Source: an uncultured Acidobacteriota bacterium
Lineage (GTDB): Bacteria; Acidobacteriota; Polarisedimenticolia; JACPZX01
Length of the DNA: 64,000 nt
NCBI GenBank assembly: GCA_964568735.1
Contig: CAZMRF010000007.1
Coordinates: 15,517-79,516, forward strand
Reading direction: 5' to 3'
The translations under genes were made by a program, and so were the position numbers. The number at the start of each line of letters is the position of its first letter. Positions within the stretch are counted from its first letter, which is position 1. A model generated the notes under the pieces. It made no database searches, was not told the DNA's origin, and saw only the letters and a list, made by a program, of their open reading frames with translations. This document shows, one piece after another, positions 1 through 11,700 of the stretch.

Positions 1-2488
1 ACTCCACGTCGATCCCCCCCTGGGTGGAGATCTGCCACTTGCCTCCGGGGCCAGGCCATGGGATCACGTAGACCTCGAACCTCCCTGATTCGTTGGAGGT
101 GAAGGCCAACCAGCGGCCGTCGGGCGAGAAGGCCAGGTCGTTCTCCACGAAGCGCGTCTGGATGAGGGGCCTCGGCTCACCTCCCGGGGAGAGGGGCATG
201 ACCCAGATGTCGACCCCGCCCGTGGCCTCGACGTCGGCCTCGATCTTCGAGTAGGCCAGGTACTCGCCGTCGGGAGACCAGTCGGCGGGGAACATGTCGC
301 CATCAGAGCTGATGAGGGGACGCTCCGGGGTCGTCGCGCCCACGTCTTTCACGAAGATGCCGAAGTGGCGCCCTTCGCGATCGCTGGCGAAGGCGACCCG
401 CTTCCCGTCGGGCGACCAGGTCGCGGCGACCTCCGTACCCACATCGAAGGTGAACCGCGAGCGGACCTGCCGCGCCACGTCGTAGATCCAGATGTCGCTC
501 GTCCCGGAGCCGGCGTCGGGCAGCGTCACCGTCGCAGAGCGTCCGTCGGGAGAGAGATGGATCTCCTCGCCGTAGTCGGCCGGATCGCCCAGCGGGGCCA
601 GCTCCTCTCCCGTAGCGCTGAACCATGCCAGCCTGTTCCCCGTGCCGGCCCCTCCCGGCTGGTAGACGAGCACACCGTTCTCCGAAACGGAGTAGATCCC
701 TCGCGAGGCGGCCGAGATTGCTCCCACCTCGCTGGCCAGCGGAACCGGGTCTCCGATGAACTCCAGGCGATCCGGATCGAAGGGGCGCGCGAGCAGGATG
801 TTGTCCTGGACGTACAGGAGCTGGCCCGATGCGTAGGCGGCGTGGAATGTCGCGGGCATGAGGCTCTCGGATCCCTGCTTCCCGAGCTCGCCGACGCGGA
901 TCGCGCTCCCTCCCCCCGCCCCGCCCCTCGCGGCGCGCGAGAAGAAGATGAAGTGCCTGCCATCGGGGAGCACTTGTGGAAATCTGTGGGAGTTCTCCCC
1001 GCGCTCCGCGTCCAGCTCGGTCACGGGAGTGGCCTCGCCTCCAGAAGAGGAGATCCGGTGGATGGCCGAGTTGAAAGCGGGAGCGAAGAGGATCGTGCCG
1101 TCGCGGCCCCAGCTCCCGCCCTTTCCGGTCGGGGCTTCGCCGAGGACCACCGCCGGGCCTCCCGCGGCGTCGATCCTCTTGAGCTGCCCTCCGGCAAAGA
1201 ACCCGATCGCCCGGCTGTCAGGAGACCAGAAGGGATAGGAGGCCCCCTCTGTCCCCTTGAGCATCTCCGCCTCTCCGGATTCCTGCGAGCGGACCCAGAG
1301 CTGCACGGAGCCGCCCACGTCGCGCCCCACGAAGGCGAGCCTTCGGCCGTCGGGTGAGAGGGCAGCGGGCCCCGGCTGGATCCCTCCGATGTTGAACTCG
1401 ATCCCTGCGGGGGCGTTGATCGAAGCCTTGAGCACCGGCTCCTCGCGGGAAGCGAGACGGGCCGTCGTGATCCCGAGCACGGCTCCTGAGGCCAGCCCGA
1501 CGACGGCCACGCCCCAGGCCAGCCGCTCGCGGTTTTTTCGTCGGATCGCAACGGGAGCGGGAACTCCGGCCAGCGATCCCCCCTCGCCGATCCAGCGGAG
1601 CTGGAGGAGCACGTCGTGCATCGTTTGCCAGCGATCGTCGGGATCCTTGGCAAGGCAGGTCGAGACGACGCGCTCGAGGGCTGGAGGCGTTGCCGGCTGC
1701 AGGTCGGTGAGGCGGCGCGGCTGCTCCTTGAGGACGGAGGCGGCCAGGCTCGCGTGGGTCTTGCCCTCGAAGGCCCGCAGCCCCGAGAGCATCTCGTAGA
1801 GAACGACTCCGAAGCCGAAGATGTCGCTGCGAGCATCGGCCTCCTGCCCCTCGAGCTGCTCGGGCGACATGTACTGGAAGGTCCCCACCACGGTCCCGGC
1901 CGCGGTGAGCGGGCTGAGAGCGGTGGGAAGGGCTGTCGGTGTCGTGGGTCCGGATGAGGCCGCACCGGCCGCGGTCGCCGCGCGGCTGACTCCCGAGATC
2001 GGGGCCGGGCCCTCCAGGCTCTTGGCCAGGCCGAAGTCGAGGAGCTTCGCCCCGCCCCGCGTCAGCATGATGTTGCCCGGCTTGAGATCCCTGTGGATGA
2101 CGCCGCTCCGGTGCGCCTTGTCGAGCGCGTCCGCCATCTGGACGGACACCCGGAGAGCTTCGTCCGCGGGCAGGGCGCCCCGCGTGAGCCTCGAGGCGAG
2201 CGTCTCGCCCTCGAGGTGTTCCATCACGAGATAGTCCACCCCGTCCTGGCTCCCGATGTCGTGGAGGGTGCAGATGTTGGGATGGTTCAGCCCGGAGACG
2301 GCGCGGGCCTCGCGCTCGAAGCGCTGGCGAAGCATGGGATCGGAGGAGAGATGGCCGGAGAGCACCTTGACGGCCACGGTCCGATCGAGGCGCGTGTCTC
2401 GGGCGCTGTAGACCTCTCCCATCCCCCCCGCACCGAGGGGAGAGAGGATCTCGTAGGGACCGAGCCGGGAACCGGCGATCAGGGGCAT
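1..2488 (-). CDS. Ser/Thr protein kinase fused to TolB-like (PD40) beta-propeller; 3' end runs off the window
   Basis: Absent from the ORF track because it is open to the window edge. My translation from the ATG (complement of 2486-2488) reads MPLIAGSRLGPYEILSPLGAGGMGEVYSARDTRLDRTVAVKVL..HRDLKPGNIML..DFGLAK (Hanks motifs). The distal part reads ..AFSPDGRWLAFTSNESGRFEVYVI.. (PD40-type repeats). This frame has no stop from 2488 down to base 1. Confidence 0.85.
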   Translation of the reverse strand, partial: MPLIAGSRLGPYEILSPLGAGGMGEVYSARDTRLDRTVAVKVLSGHLSSDPMLRQRFEREARAVSGLNHPNICTLHDIGSQDGVDYLVMEHLEGETLASRLTRGALPADEALRVSVQMADALDKAHRSGVIHRDLKPGNIMLTRGGAKLLDFGLAKSLEGPAPISGVSRAATAAGAASSGPTTPTALPTALSPLTAAGTVVGTFQYMSPEQLEGQEADARSDIFGFGVVLYEMLSGLRAFEGKTHASLAASVLKEQPRRLTDLQPATPPALERVVSTCLAKDPDDRWQTMHDVLLQLRWIGEGGSLAGVPAPVAIRRKNRERLAWGVAVVGLASGAVLGITTARLASREEPVLKASINAPAGIEFNIGGIQPGPAALSPDGRRLAFVGRDVGGSVQLWVRSQESGEAEMLKGTEGASYPFWSPDSRAIGFFAGGQLKRIDAAGGPAVVLGEAPTGKGGSWGRDGTILFAPAFNSAIHRISSSGGEATPVTELDAERGENSHRFPQVLPDGRHFIFFSRAARGGAGGGSAIRVGELGKQGSESLMPATFHAAYASGQLLYVQDNILLARPFDPDRLEFIGDPVPLASEVGAISAASRGIYSVSENGVLVYQPGGAGTGNRLAWFSATGEELAPLGDPADYGEEIHLSPDGRSATVTLPDAGSGTSDIWIYDVARQVRSRFTFDVGTEVAATWSPDGKRVAFASDREGRHFGIFVKDVGATTPERPLISSDGDMFPADWSPDGEYLAYSKIEADVEATGGVDIWVMPLSPGGEPRPLIQTRFVENDLAFSPDGRWLAFTSNESGRFEVYVIPWPGPGGKWQISTQGGIDVE

Positions 2489-2530
2489 GGCGGCGCCTGA
2501 GGGTATCAGATGGGGCCACCCCTCGAGCGC

Positions 2531-3208
2531 TTACTTCTTCTTGGGCGTCGACCCGTGCGCATCGTGCGGCACCTTCGATCGGGAGAGGGCCGGGGCGCTG
2601 CGGTTCGAGGAAGCATCCACCGCCGAGCAGCTCGTCGTATAGGTGCGGCCCATTCCGCCGCCACCCCTCTCGGCACGAAGCTCCAACTCGAAGGATCCAA
2701 TGCCGTTCGTGGAAGCCACCATCCGCTCGCCGGTCCCCTGCGCCATCACGGGCACGCCGTCGAAGACGATGTCGAACAGCGTGCGTCCGTCACCCGAGCG
2801 CGCGTCCGCGGGCTCGTTGCTCTCGACGGAGCAGAAGATCACCGGCTCGGGATCGCAGACGTCCCGGGCCACGATCTGCGGCACCGACATCGTCCGGAGT
2901 CTGTGGTTGGGGAGCTGGAGGATCGCCGGGAGAATGGAGAAGCCGGGCTCGAAGACCGGTGGCGTCGTGTCGGCCACGGTGACGCTCGACGTGCACGACG
3001 TCGAGTTGCCGCTGTCGTCCGTCGCGGTGAAGGTCACCAACGTCTCCCCGAGTCCGAGCACCGCGGGTGCATCGTGCGTTATCTCCGGGCTCGAGTCACA
3101 GGCGTCCATGGCTGTGGCGGCACCCAGGAACGCAGCCACCAACGGATCGGTCACCGCCGCCCCCCCGGGACTCGGATGAGCATGCCCCCGGCTCGCCGCC
3201 AATTCCAA
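2531..3208 (-). CDS. Secreted protein with HYR-like (hyalin repeat) Ig-fold segment
   Basis: 225-aa ORF containing the classic HYR signature ..LVTFTATDDSGNSTSCTSSVTVADTTPPVF... Same strand as, and 42 nt upstream of, the kinase gene. The track start is a TTG and the real start is uncertain; an in-frame GTG gives TDPLVAAFLGAATAMDA, which is signal-like. Confidence 0.55.
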   Translation of the reverse strand: MELAASRGHAHPSPGGAAVTDPLVAAFLGAATAMDACDSSPEITHDAPAVLGLGETLVTFTATDDSGNSTSCTSSVTVADTTPPVFEPGFSILPAILQLPNHRLRTMSVPQIVARDVCDPEPVIFCSVESNEPADARSGDGRTLFDIVFDGVPVMAQGTGERMVASTNGIGSFELELRAERGGGGMGRTYTTSCSAVDASSNRSAPALSRSKVPHDAHGSTPKKK

Positions 3209-3321
3209 ATGACAGGCACAGGCATCTCCTCAGCCCATTCAAACGAAAAGGGTACGGCGTGTACAGGGGATGGGCCACTCAATCCTGTGATGGCCCCGCG
3301 GCCCTTCTGGCCCCCGCCGTG

Positions 3322-3801
3322 CTACTCGCCCGTGGTTCCGGCCGCAGCCTCGCCTCCGGCCGGGGCCGTCCCCACCGTGAACATCAGACGCGTCAGGACG
3401 TGCCCCGCTGCATCCTCCACGGTCACGGTCCAGTCCCCGGACCACTCGGGAGGGATGTTCTTTCTGCTCCAGGTCCTCCAGGAGGAGCTCCGGATGGGAA
3501 GCTCCACACGAGCCTTCTCTTCCCCGCCGAGAGTCCAGACGTGACGGATGACGGCCTCGCCTTCCGCGCCTTCGACCTGCGTGAAGCAGACCAGGTGGCC
3601 GACGTCGGCCGGGAAGGTCGTTGCCTCCTCCACCGGCTCCCGCTCTTCGACCTCGCGGGCGATGGCCGAGCGGGTCACGCTCAGCGCGCCTCCTCCGGCC
3701 GGATCACCGGCTGCCTTATCCTGAGCAGGAACGGGAGCCTGGAGCACCAGGGGCAGGAGGGCGAGCGCGATCAGGAATCGGCGACTGAGATGAAATGGCA
3801 T
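3322..3801 (-). CDS. Secreted DUF2914-like protein
   Basis: I place the start at the internal ATG (complement of 3799-3801), which is preceded by AGGAGG at about 6-nt spacing. The N-terminus MPFHLSRRFLIALALLPLVLQAPVPAQD looks like a signal peptide. The C-terminal ..IRHVWTLGGEEKARVELPIRSSSWRTWSRKNIPPEWSGDWTVTVEDAAGHVL.. matches the DUF2914 pattern as I remember it. Confidence 0.65.
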   Translation of the reverse strand: MPFHLSRRFLIALALLPLVLQAPVPAQDKAAGDPAGGGALSVTRSAIAREVEEREPVEEATTFPADVGHLVCFTQVEGAEGEAVIRHVWTLGGEEKARVELPIRSSSWRTWSRKNIPPEWSGDWTVTVEDAAGHVLTRLMFTVGTAPAGGEAAAGTTGE

Positions 3802-3886
3802 GGGCAGCCTCCTTCTGAGATGGCGGCCCGCCCATTCTGCCAGAGATCTACCGGCCCCGCGCAACAGGCTCTGCACCACCTTGGAA

Positions 3887-5116
3887 TCAGACCAGGACGG
3901 CGAGGCCTTCCATCTCGCAGAGCCAGCCGGGGCGGCAGACGCCGGCCAGGCAGATCGTGTGGGGGCCCCAGCCGTTCAGTCCCCGCCGCCTCGCGACGCG
4001 GAGGAAGGGCTCGACGAAGTCGGCGCGTTTCAGGTACGTCGTCAGCGTCACGACATCCTCCCAGCCCGCCTCCTGCCCCTCGAGGAGGCGCTCGACGTTG
4101 TCGAGCATGCGCTCCGCCTGCCGCTCGATCGAGCCGGGATGGACGATCTCACCGCGCTCGTCGATGCTGGCCGTGCCCGAGAGGTGGATCAGGGTCCGGT
4201 CGGGGAGCTCCACACGCGTGCCGCGCGAGAAGTCCGAGCCGTAGGCAGGAGCCTCGTTGAGCGTCGGAGCGTGGATGGCGCGGACTGCCTGGGGAGGCAG
4301 CCCAGCCGCCGCCCGCAGGTCCATCGAGCAGAGCCTGCCCGGAAGCGACGGCACCCCCTGAATGCCCGTGCTGGCCGGCGGCGGCTCGACGCCGAGCGAT
4401 CGGAAGAAGGCGCGGCGCGCGTGGTTCAGTACGCCGTAATCCCGATCGATCTCGGGGAGGTAGATCCAGGTCCGGAAGACGTCATGGAAGGTCAGCCCCT
4501 GGCGGAGAAGAAGGGCCTGGGCACGCCTGAACATGGAGGCCGCCTGCTCCTCGGCCTCCGAGTCGCCGGTCGAGGGAGCGCCCGTGATTCCCGAGAGGTG
4601 CAGAAGGCGGAGATCCGACTGCTGCACGACGCACCCGCTGATCCCCGGGGGGAGGCCTTCGAGGCGCCGCAGCGGGAGCGGCCATCCCTCCGAGGCCAGG
4701 AGCGCGCAGGCCTTCACCTCGAAGGCCGAGGCCGGATCGAGCGGAGGCTGCTGAACGATCGACGAGGCGGGAGCACGCACCGCACGGCGGGGCTCCAGCC
4801 CGTAGAAGCGCTCCCGGACGCGCTCGATCGCGGGGCTCTGCGCTACCACGTCCGATACGAAGATCTTCTCGGCCACGACATCGGAAGGGCCGGCCCCGTG
4901 GGCCCGTAGCGCCTCGAGGAGCGCATCGTAGGCAGCCTCCGCGCTCTCCTCGACGCCCTCCACGCTCGCCGGCGCTCTCGCGCGGGCATGGATCTCCGTG
5001 ACGGCCTGCGTGCGGACCACCGACGCCTGCCACGGAGCCTCCCGGCCGCCCACTCGCCCCACGGCCGGGCTGCTGTGGCGTGCCTCCGGCACGCGAGCCG
5101 CGCTCGAGCGCATCAC
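3887..5116 (-). CDS. Chorismatase-like enzyme (FkbO/Hyg5/XanB2 family; triple RidA-fold single chain)
   Basis: The 409-aa ORF is built from three tandem RidA/YjgF-like repeats: ..AEAAYDALLEALRAHGAGPSDVVAEKIFVSD.. / ..AASMFRRAQALLLRQGLTFHDVFRTWIYLPEIDRDYGVLNHARRAFF.. / ..QAERMLDNVERLLEGQEAGWEDVVTLTTYL... This is the pseudo-trimeric layout known for chorismatases. It lies directly downstream of a DAHP synthase. The start codon is uncertain. Confidence 0.55.
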   Translation of the reverse strand: MMRSSAARVPEARHSSPAVGRVGGREAPWQASVVRTQAVTEIHARARAPASVEGVEESAEAAYDALLEALRAHGAGPSDVVAEKIFVSDVVAQSPAIERVRERFYGLEPRRAVRAPASSIVQQPPLDPASAFEVKACALLASEGWPLPLRRLEGLPPGISGCVVQQSDLRLLHLSGITGAPSTGDSEAEEQAASMFRRAQALLLRQGLTFHDVFRTWIYLPEIDRDYGVLNHARRAFFRSLGVEPPPASTGIQGVPSLPGRLCSMDLRAAAGLPPQAVRAIHAPTLNEAPAYGSDFSRGTRVELPDRTLIHLSGTASIDERGEIVHPGSIERQAERMLDNVERLLEGQEAGWEDVVTLTTYLKRADFVEPFLRVARRRGLNGWGPHTICLAGVCRPGWLCEMEGLAVLV

Positions 5117-5210
5117 CTCAGTCCCTCGGACTCCCTGTCCGGTGTCGCGCAGGATAGGGAAATGGCGCCGGTGAGAAGGGGCAAGGCCACGAAGGCGCGC
5201 GGCCGGGTTC

Positions 5211-6065
5211 TCACACCGTTCTCCCCGTCGCGACGGCTATCCGGCGCACGCCCTCCATCGTCCGGACGAAGGTCTGCGGCGTCAGGGACTGGAAGCCGTC
5301 GCTCAGGGCGAGGCCGGGCTGGTCGTGCACTTCGATGATCAGGCCGTCGCACCCCGCAGCCACTGCCGCCTGGGACATCCCGGGCACCATCCACCAGTGG
5401 CCCGTGCCGTGGCTTGGATCGACGATGACGGGCAGCCGTGATTCGCGCTGCAGATAGGGCACGGCGTTCAGATCGAGAGTGTTCCGCATGTAGGGATCGA
5501 AGGTGCGTATCCCACGCTCGCAGAGCACGATCTGCTCGTTCCCCCCCGCGGCGATCCTTTCCGCGGCAAGAAGGAACTCCGAAATTGTGGCGGACATTCC
5601 CCGCTTGAGCAGCACCGGCTTGTCCACGCGCCCAAGCTCGTCGAGGAGCGTGAAGTTCTGCATGTTCCTCGACCCGATCTGGAGCATGTCGGCCACGCCC
5701 GAGACCACCTCGAGGTGGCGCGCATCCATGACCTCGGTGACCACGAAGAGCCCGGTCAGCGCCCTCGCCTCGGAGAGCAACTCGAGCCCCTCCTCCCTCA
5801 GCCCCTGGAACGAGTAGGGCGACGTTCGAGGCTTGTAGGCCCCGCCGCGGAGGAACCGCGCGCCGGCATCGCGCACCGCGCCGGCCGTGGCGAGGAGCTG
5901 CTCCCTGTTCTCTACGGAGCATGGGCCCGCGATGATCGCGAGCCGGTCGCCGCCGATCTCCTCCGTCCCCACCCGCACCGTGCTCCGGAACGTCCCGGGC
6001 TCGCGGCAGACGAGCGGGAAGGCCATCGTCGTGCTCATGGTGTCCCCCCGGTGGATGCTGCTCAT
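5211..6065 (-). CDS. 3-deoxy-7-phosphoheptulonate (DAHP) synthase, type I-beta (KDO8PS-like)
   Basis: ..[63 protein letters not shown].. are hallmark DAHPS I-beta/KDO8PS motifs. The start may instead be the internal MSTTMAF. Confidence 0.9.
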   Translation of the reverse strand: MSSIHRGDTMSTTMAFPLVCREPGTFRSTVRVGTEEIGGDRLAIIAGPCSVENREQLLATAGAVRDAGARFLRGGAYKPRTSPYSFQGLREEGLELLSEARALTGLFVVTEVMDARHLEVVSGVADMLQIGSRNMQNFTLLDELGRVDKPVLLKRGMSATISEFLLAAERIAAGGNEQIVLCERGIRTFDPYMRNTLDLNAVPYLQRESRLPVIVDPSHGTGHWWMVPGMSQAAVAAGCDGLIIEVHDQPGLALSDGFQSLTPQTFVRTMEGVRRIAVATGRTV

Positions 6066-6288
6066 TGCACATCATGAGCCACGACTCCGGCCGGTGCTCT
6101 CCCCAGAACGGGCGGTTTTCCTCACCTGTTGTGGTGGAGCCGTCCGTCCGGATCGGCCCTCCAGGGGAGAGCGATGAGGGAGATCCCCTGACACTGATGG
6201 GAGCCACGCAGGAGCGGGCCCTCCGCGTCGCAGAGCAATCCGGGTCGTCAGCCGGCGGCGATGTCCATGGCGTGGAGGGGTAGCGCGA

Positions 6289-8745
<2,457 letters not shown>

Positions 8746-8768
8746 GCCAAAGGATGCGGGCCCTTGTC

Positions 8769-11700
8769 TCAGCTCCTTGCAATCGTCCGGAGACGCGAGA
8801 GGTGGAGACCAAGAGCCGCCACTGCCGACAGGGCAAGGATAGCCGCGAAGACCCTCATGTGGGGCATGACCTGGTGTGCCGTCCACGCGGCCAACCCGCC
8901 GGCGCCGGGCGCCTCCGAAGAGGTGATCTCGTTGGGCAGCGGGAAGGTCGGTGATCCCGCATACAGCCGATCCAGGCTCCCAATGACGAGAGCGGGGCCC
9001 CACAATGCGGCGAGGATCGGGAGCAGGCAGAGCGCGCAGGTCAGGAGGCCTCGCAACGCCGACCCCCGGCTCACGTCGTACGAGCCCGGCACGACGTAGA
9101 AGAGCGCCCCGGCGAGCCGGGAGCTCCGTCGCGCCGCCTCTTGCGCCGGCCCACGATCTCCAGATGGAATGACGAGGAGGGCGATGCAGGTCACCAGGCC
9201 GAGGAGAAGGAAGACGCGCGAGAGCGTCTGAAGCGAGAGGAATAGAATGTCCTCGACGGACACCATGAAGTCTCCCCCGAGCCACTTCATCGGGTTCGAT
9301 GGCTGAGCAATCGAGCTCCACAGGCTCGCCACCCAGTCCTTCCAGGATCGCGAAGCAAAGGCCTTCCAGAGATCCTCGGCCCTGAGAGGCTCGGGCGGGA
9401 CGAGATTCCCCTTCTCCAGGGCAGCCAGGTTCGCCACGGCTCGCGGCGCACCGGGAATCGACCTGTACAGCTCCCGTGCGCGCCGCACGTTTCCCGCCAG
9501 GTGGTTGACGACGGCTGCTGCATACCTGGTCTCGGTGGAGTCCATGACCTCGAGCCTCTCCTCCAGCTTCCGCACCGTCGAGTCGTTCCCTAGAGAATCC
9601 GCCGTCATCAATGGCTGGTTCATCCACGCCACCCACCGGGCTTGAAGCACGGCGTGCACGCCGTGCGCTGCCAGCGCGACCGCCATTCCAATGACCACGG
9701 CCCGCCGATGGCGAGGCTCGATGGAGGGGGCAACCCGGGGCAGGCGGTGCCTCCAGGAGGGGACGTTAAGGAGCACCAGGAGGGCGGCGGCACCGAGAAT
9801 CGCGTAGTTCTGCAGATCCAGCTCCCTGCTGCGCACCGACACTGCGAAGCGCGCGTTGATCGTGGCGACGACGACGCCCCAGATGAAGAGGGCGGCGAGG
9901 GCCGCGACGATCGCGCGACCCGCCCATGGGGGGAGGGAGCGGAGCCATCGGACTCCGGATCGGAGGCTTCCGTGCCGCACTTCGGGATCGAGGTTGGAGT
10001 CGCCGCCCTGCGCACTCCGGTTGACTGCCCTCATCTGCACGCTGACGAGGAGCGCTCCGAGAGCCAGAGATGCTGCCATGGAGACCAGGAGCGCTCCCTG
10101 AGCCCGCGCTTCGGCGACAGCATAGTTCAACGGGTGCCGCAAGCCTTCCTCGAAAACTCGCGCCTCGTTCTCGGCACGGGAGACGTCATTCCGCTCCCTG
10201 AAGTACCGCTCCCAGATCCACGCAGCGAGAAAATCCTCCGGGCAGGTCCCCGTGAGGCGGCGCGCTCGATCGAGCCATACGTACTGGCGCTCGAGGTCTT
10301 CCTCGAGGTACTCCGCACGGGCGGCCTGTCGCATGGCGGGGAAGTTGATGAGCCGCTCGATCAGCCAGGTGGACTCGATCGGCTGCGGCAGGAGCTGCCG
10401 GCGTCGAAGGGTTTCCTCGAAGGCCCTGTCGGCCCACTCTCTCTGCTGGAACCGCTCGAAATGCGCGGCCATCCTGGCGTATTCGTAATAGGGGATGGCC
10501 GGAAAGGCCCCTCGCAGAAGCGCACCCCAGGAAGATTCGGCCTCGCGCTGTCGTCCCTGCCACCATTGCGCCTGCCCCAGGTAGAACAGGTGCCACGGCT
10601 CCGTGGGGTCTCGCTCCGATGCGGCGCGCAGCGCGATCTCGAGCTGATGCAGGGTCTTCGGCGCGTCATCGTAGTTCCTGTCGGGGCTGAAGGTGAAACG
10701 GGCCAGAGGGAGCGGGTCAACGAAGGACATCTCCAGGCCTTCCAGGAAGTTCGCCGAGATGAGCCCTCCCCGGTTCATGGAGTGCAGGCGCAGGAGGAGG
10801 GAGCTCCACGGGAGAGCCTCCTTCGCGAGGCGTCCGCGAGAGAGCACGATCTTTCCCTCCTCGGACTCTCCGTCTATCTCGTAGCTGATGGTGAGGGTGG
10901 CGTCATCCACGGCGAAGGAGGTCGCGAGGCCCGGGAGACGGTGGCGGTCGAGCACATGGCCCGTATCCGGATCGATCGCCAGCAGGTAGCCCGTATGGAC
11001 GAGGTTGCCGATGGTCCGGGGGCGCGTCCAATAGGATTCGGGAACGTAGAGCTTGCCGTCGTAGAGCGCGCCGGCTCGGGTGATGGTGGGTGATCCGCCA
11101 CTGGCCGTGGCCACCCGGTAGGCGCTGGCTGCATCTTGCAGCCGATCGGCCTTGACGTAGTAGTCCCCGAGGAGCGCGTGGGCCTGAGCATCCCCGGGAT
11201 CGAGATCGATCGCTTCCCGAATCGCTGCCAGCGCCTCCTCCGTCCTGTCGAGCCGGTCGAGCGCTTCCGCTCGAAGACGGAGGCTGTCCACCGTCCGGGG
11301 CGTCTGCTCGAAGAGCTTGAGCGCCTTCCCGGGGTCCTGCTCGTTTCGAAGAGCATGGGCTCCGGCCAGGAGCATGACGACGTCCCCGACGCCGCTCGCG
11401 CTCGTCGTCCGTAGCGCGATCTGGTTGGAGGCCGCAGCCTCGACGACCATCGGATCCGGCGCCATCTCCTCGGCCATGGAGAAGGGATCGCCTCCGGCCA
11501 GGATCGCAGGGGCCTCACGCGGCTCGCCCTCACCCGTCTCAGGCTCCGCCCTCGAGACGAGGGTCACGTAGGGCCGGATCTCGGTCTCGCTGCGCAAAGC
11601 GAAGGCTTCACCCCAGAGGACGGCTGTCGCCCCCAGCCGCTCGCCTAGGGCGCGTGCGGCATCGTGATCGCGCACCGGCTCTCCCGTTTCTTCCATGCCG

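Noticed and set aside
365-2519. Long track ORFs 365..1357 (+), 1021..1965 (-), 1218..2519 (-) and others across the first 2.5 kb
   Set aside because: Their translations are Arg/Pro/Gly/Ala-rich with no motifs. They lie antisense to, or out of frame with, the kinase-TolB ORF, which gives clean Hanks and PD40 motifs in the one minus frame that has no stops.
8746-9636. N-terminal 297 codons of the 1115-aa track ORF (6289..9636)
   Set aside because: This part is low-complexity and Arg/Gly-rich, and it overlaps the 3' part of the well-supported kinase gene in another frame. Conserved SucA sequence begins only at the ATG at 8745.
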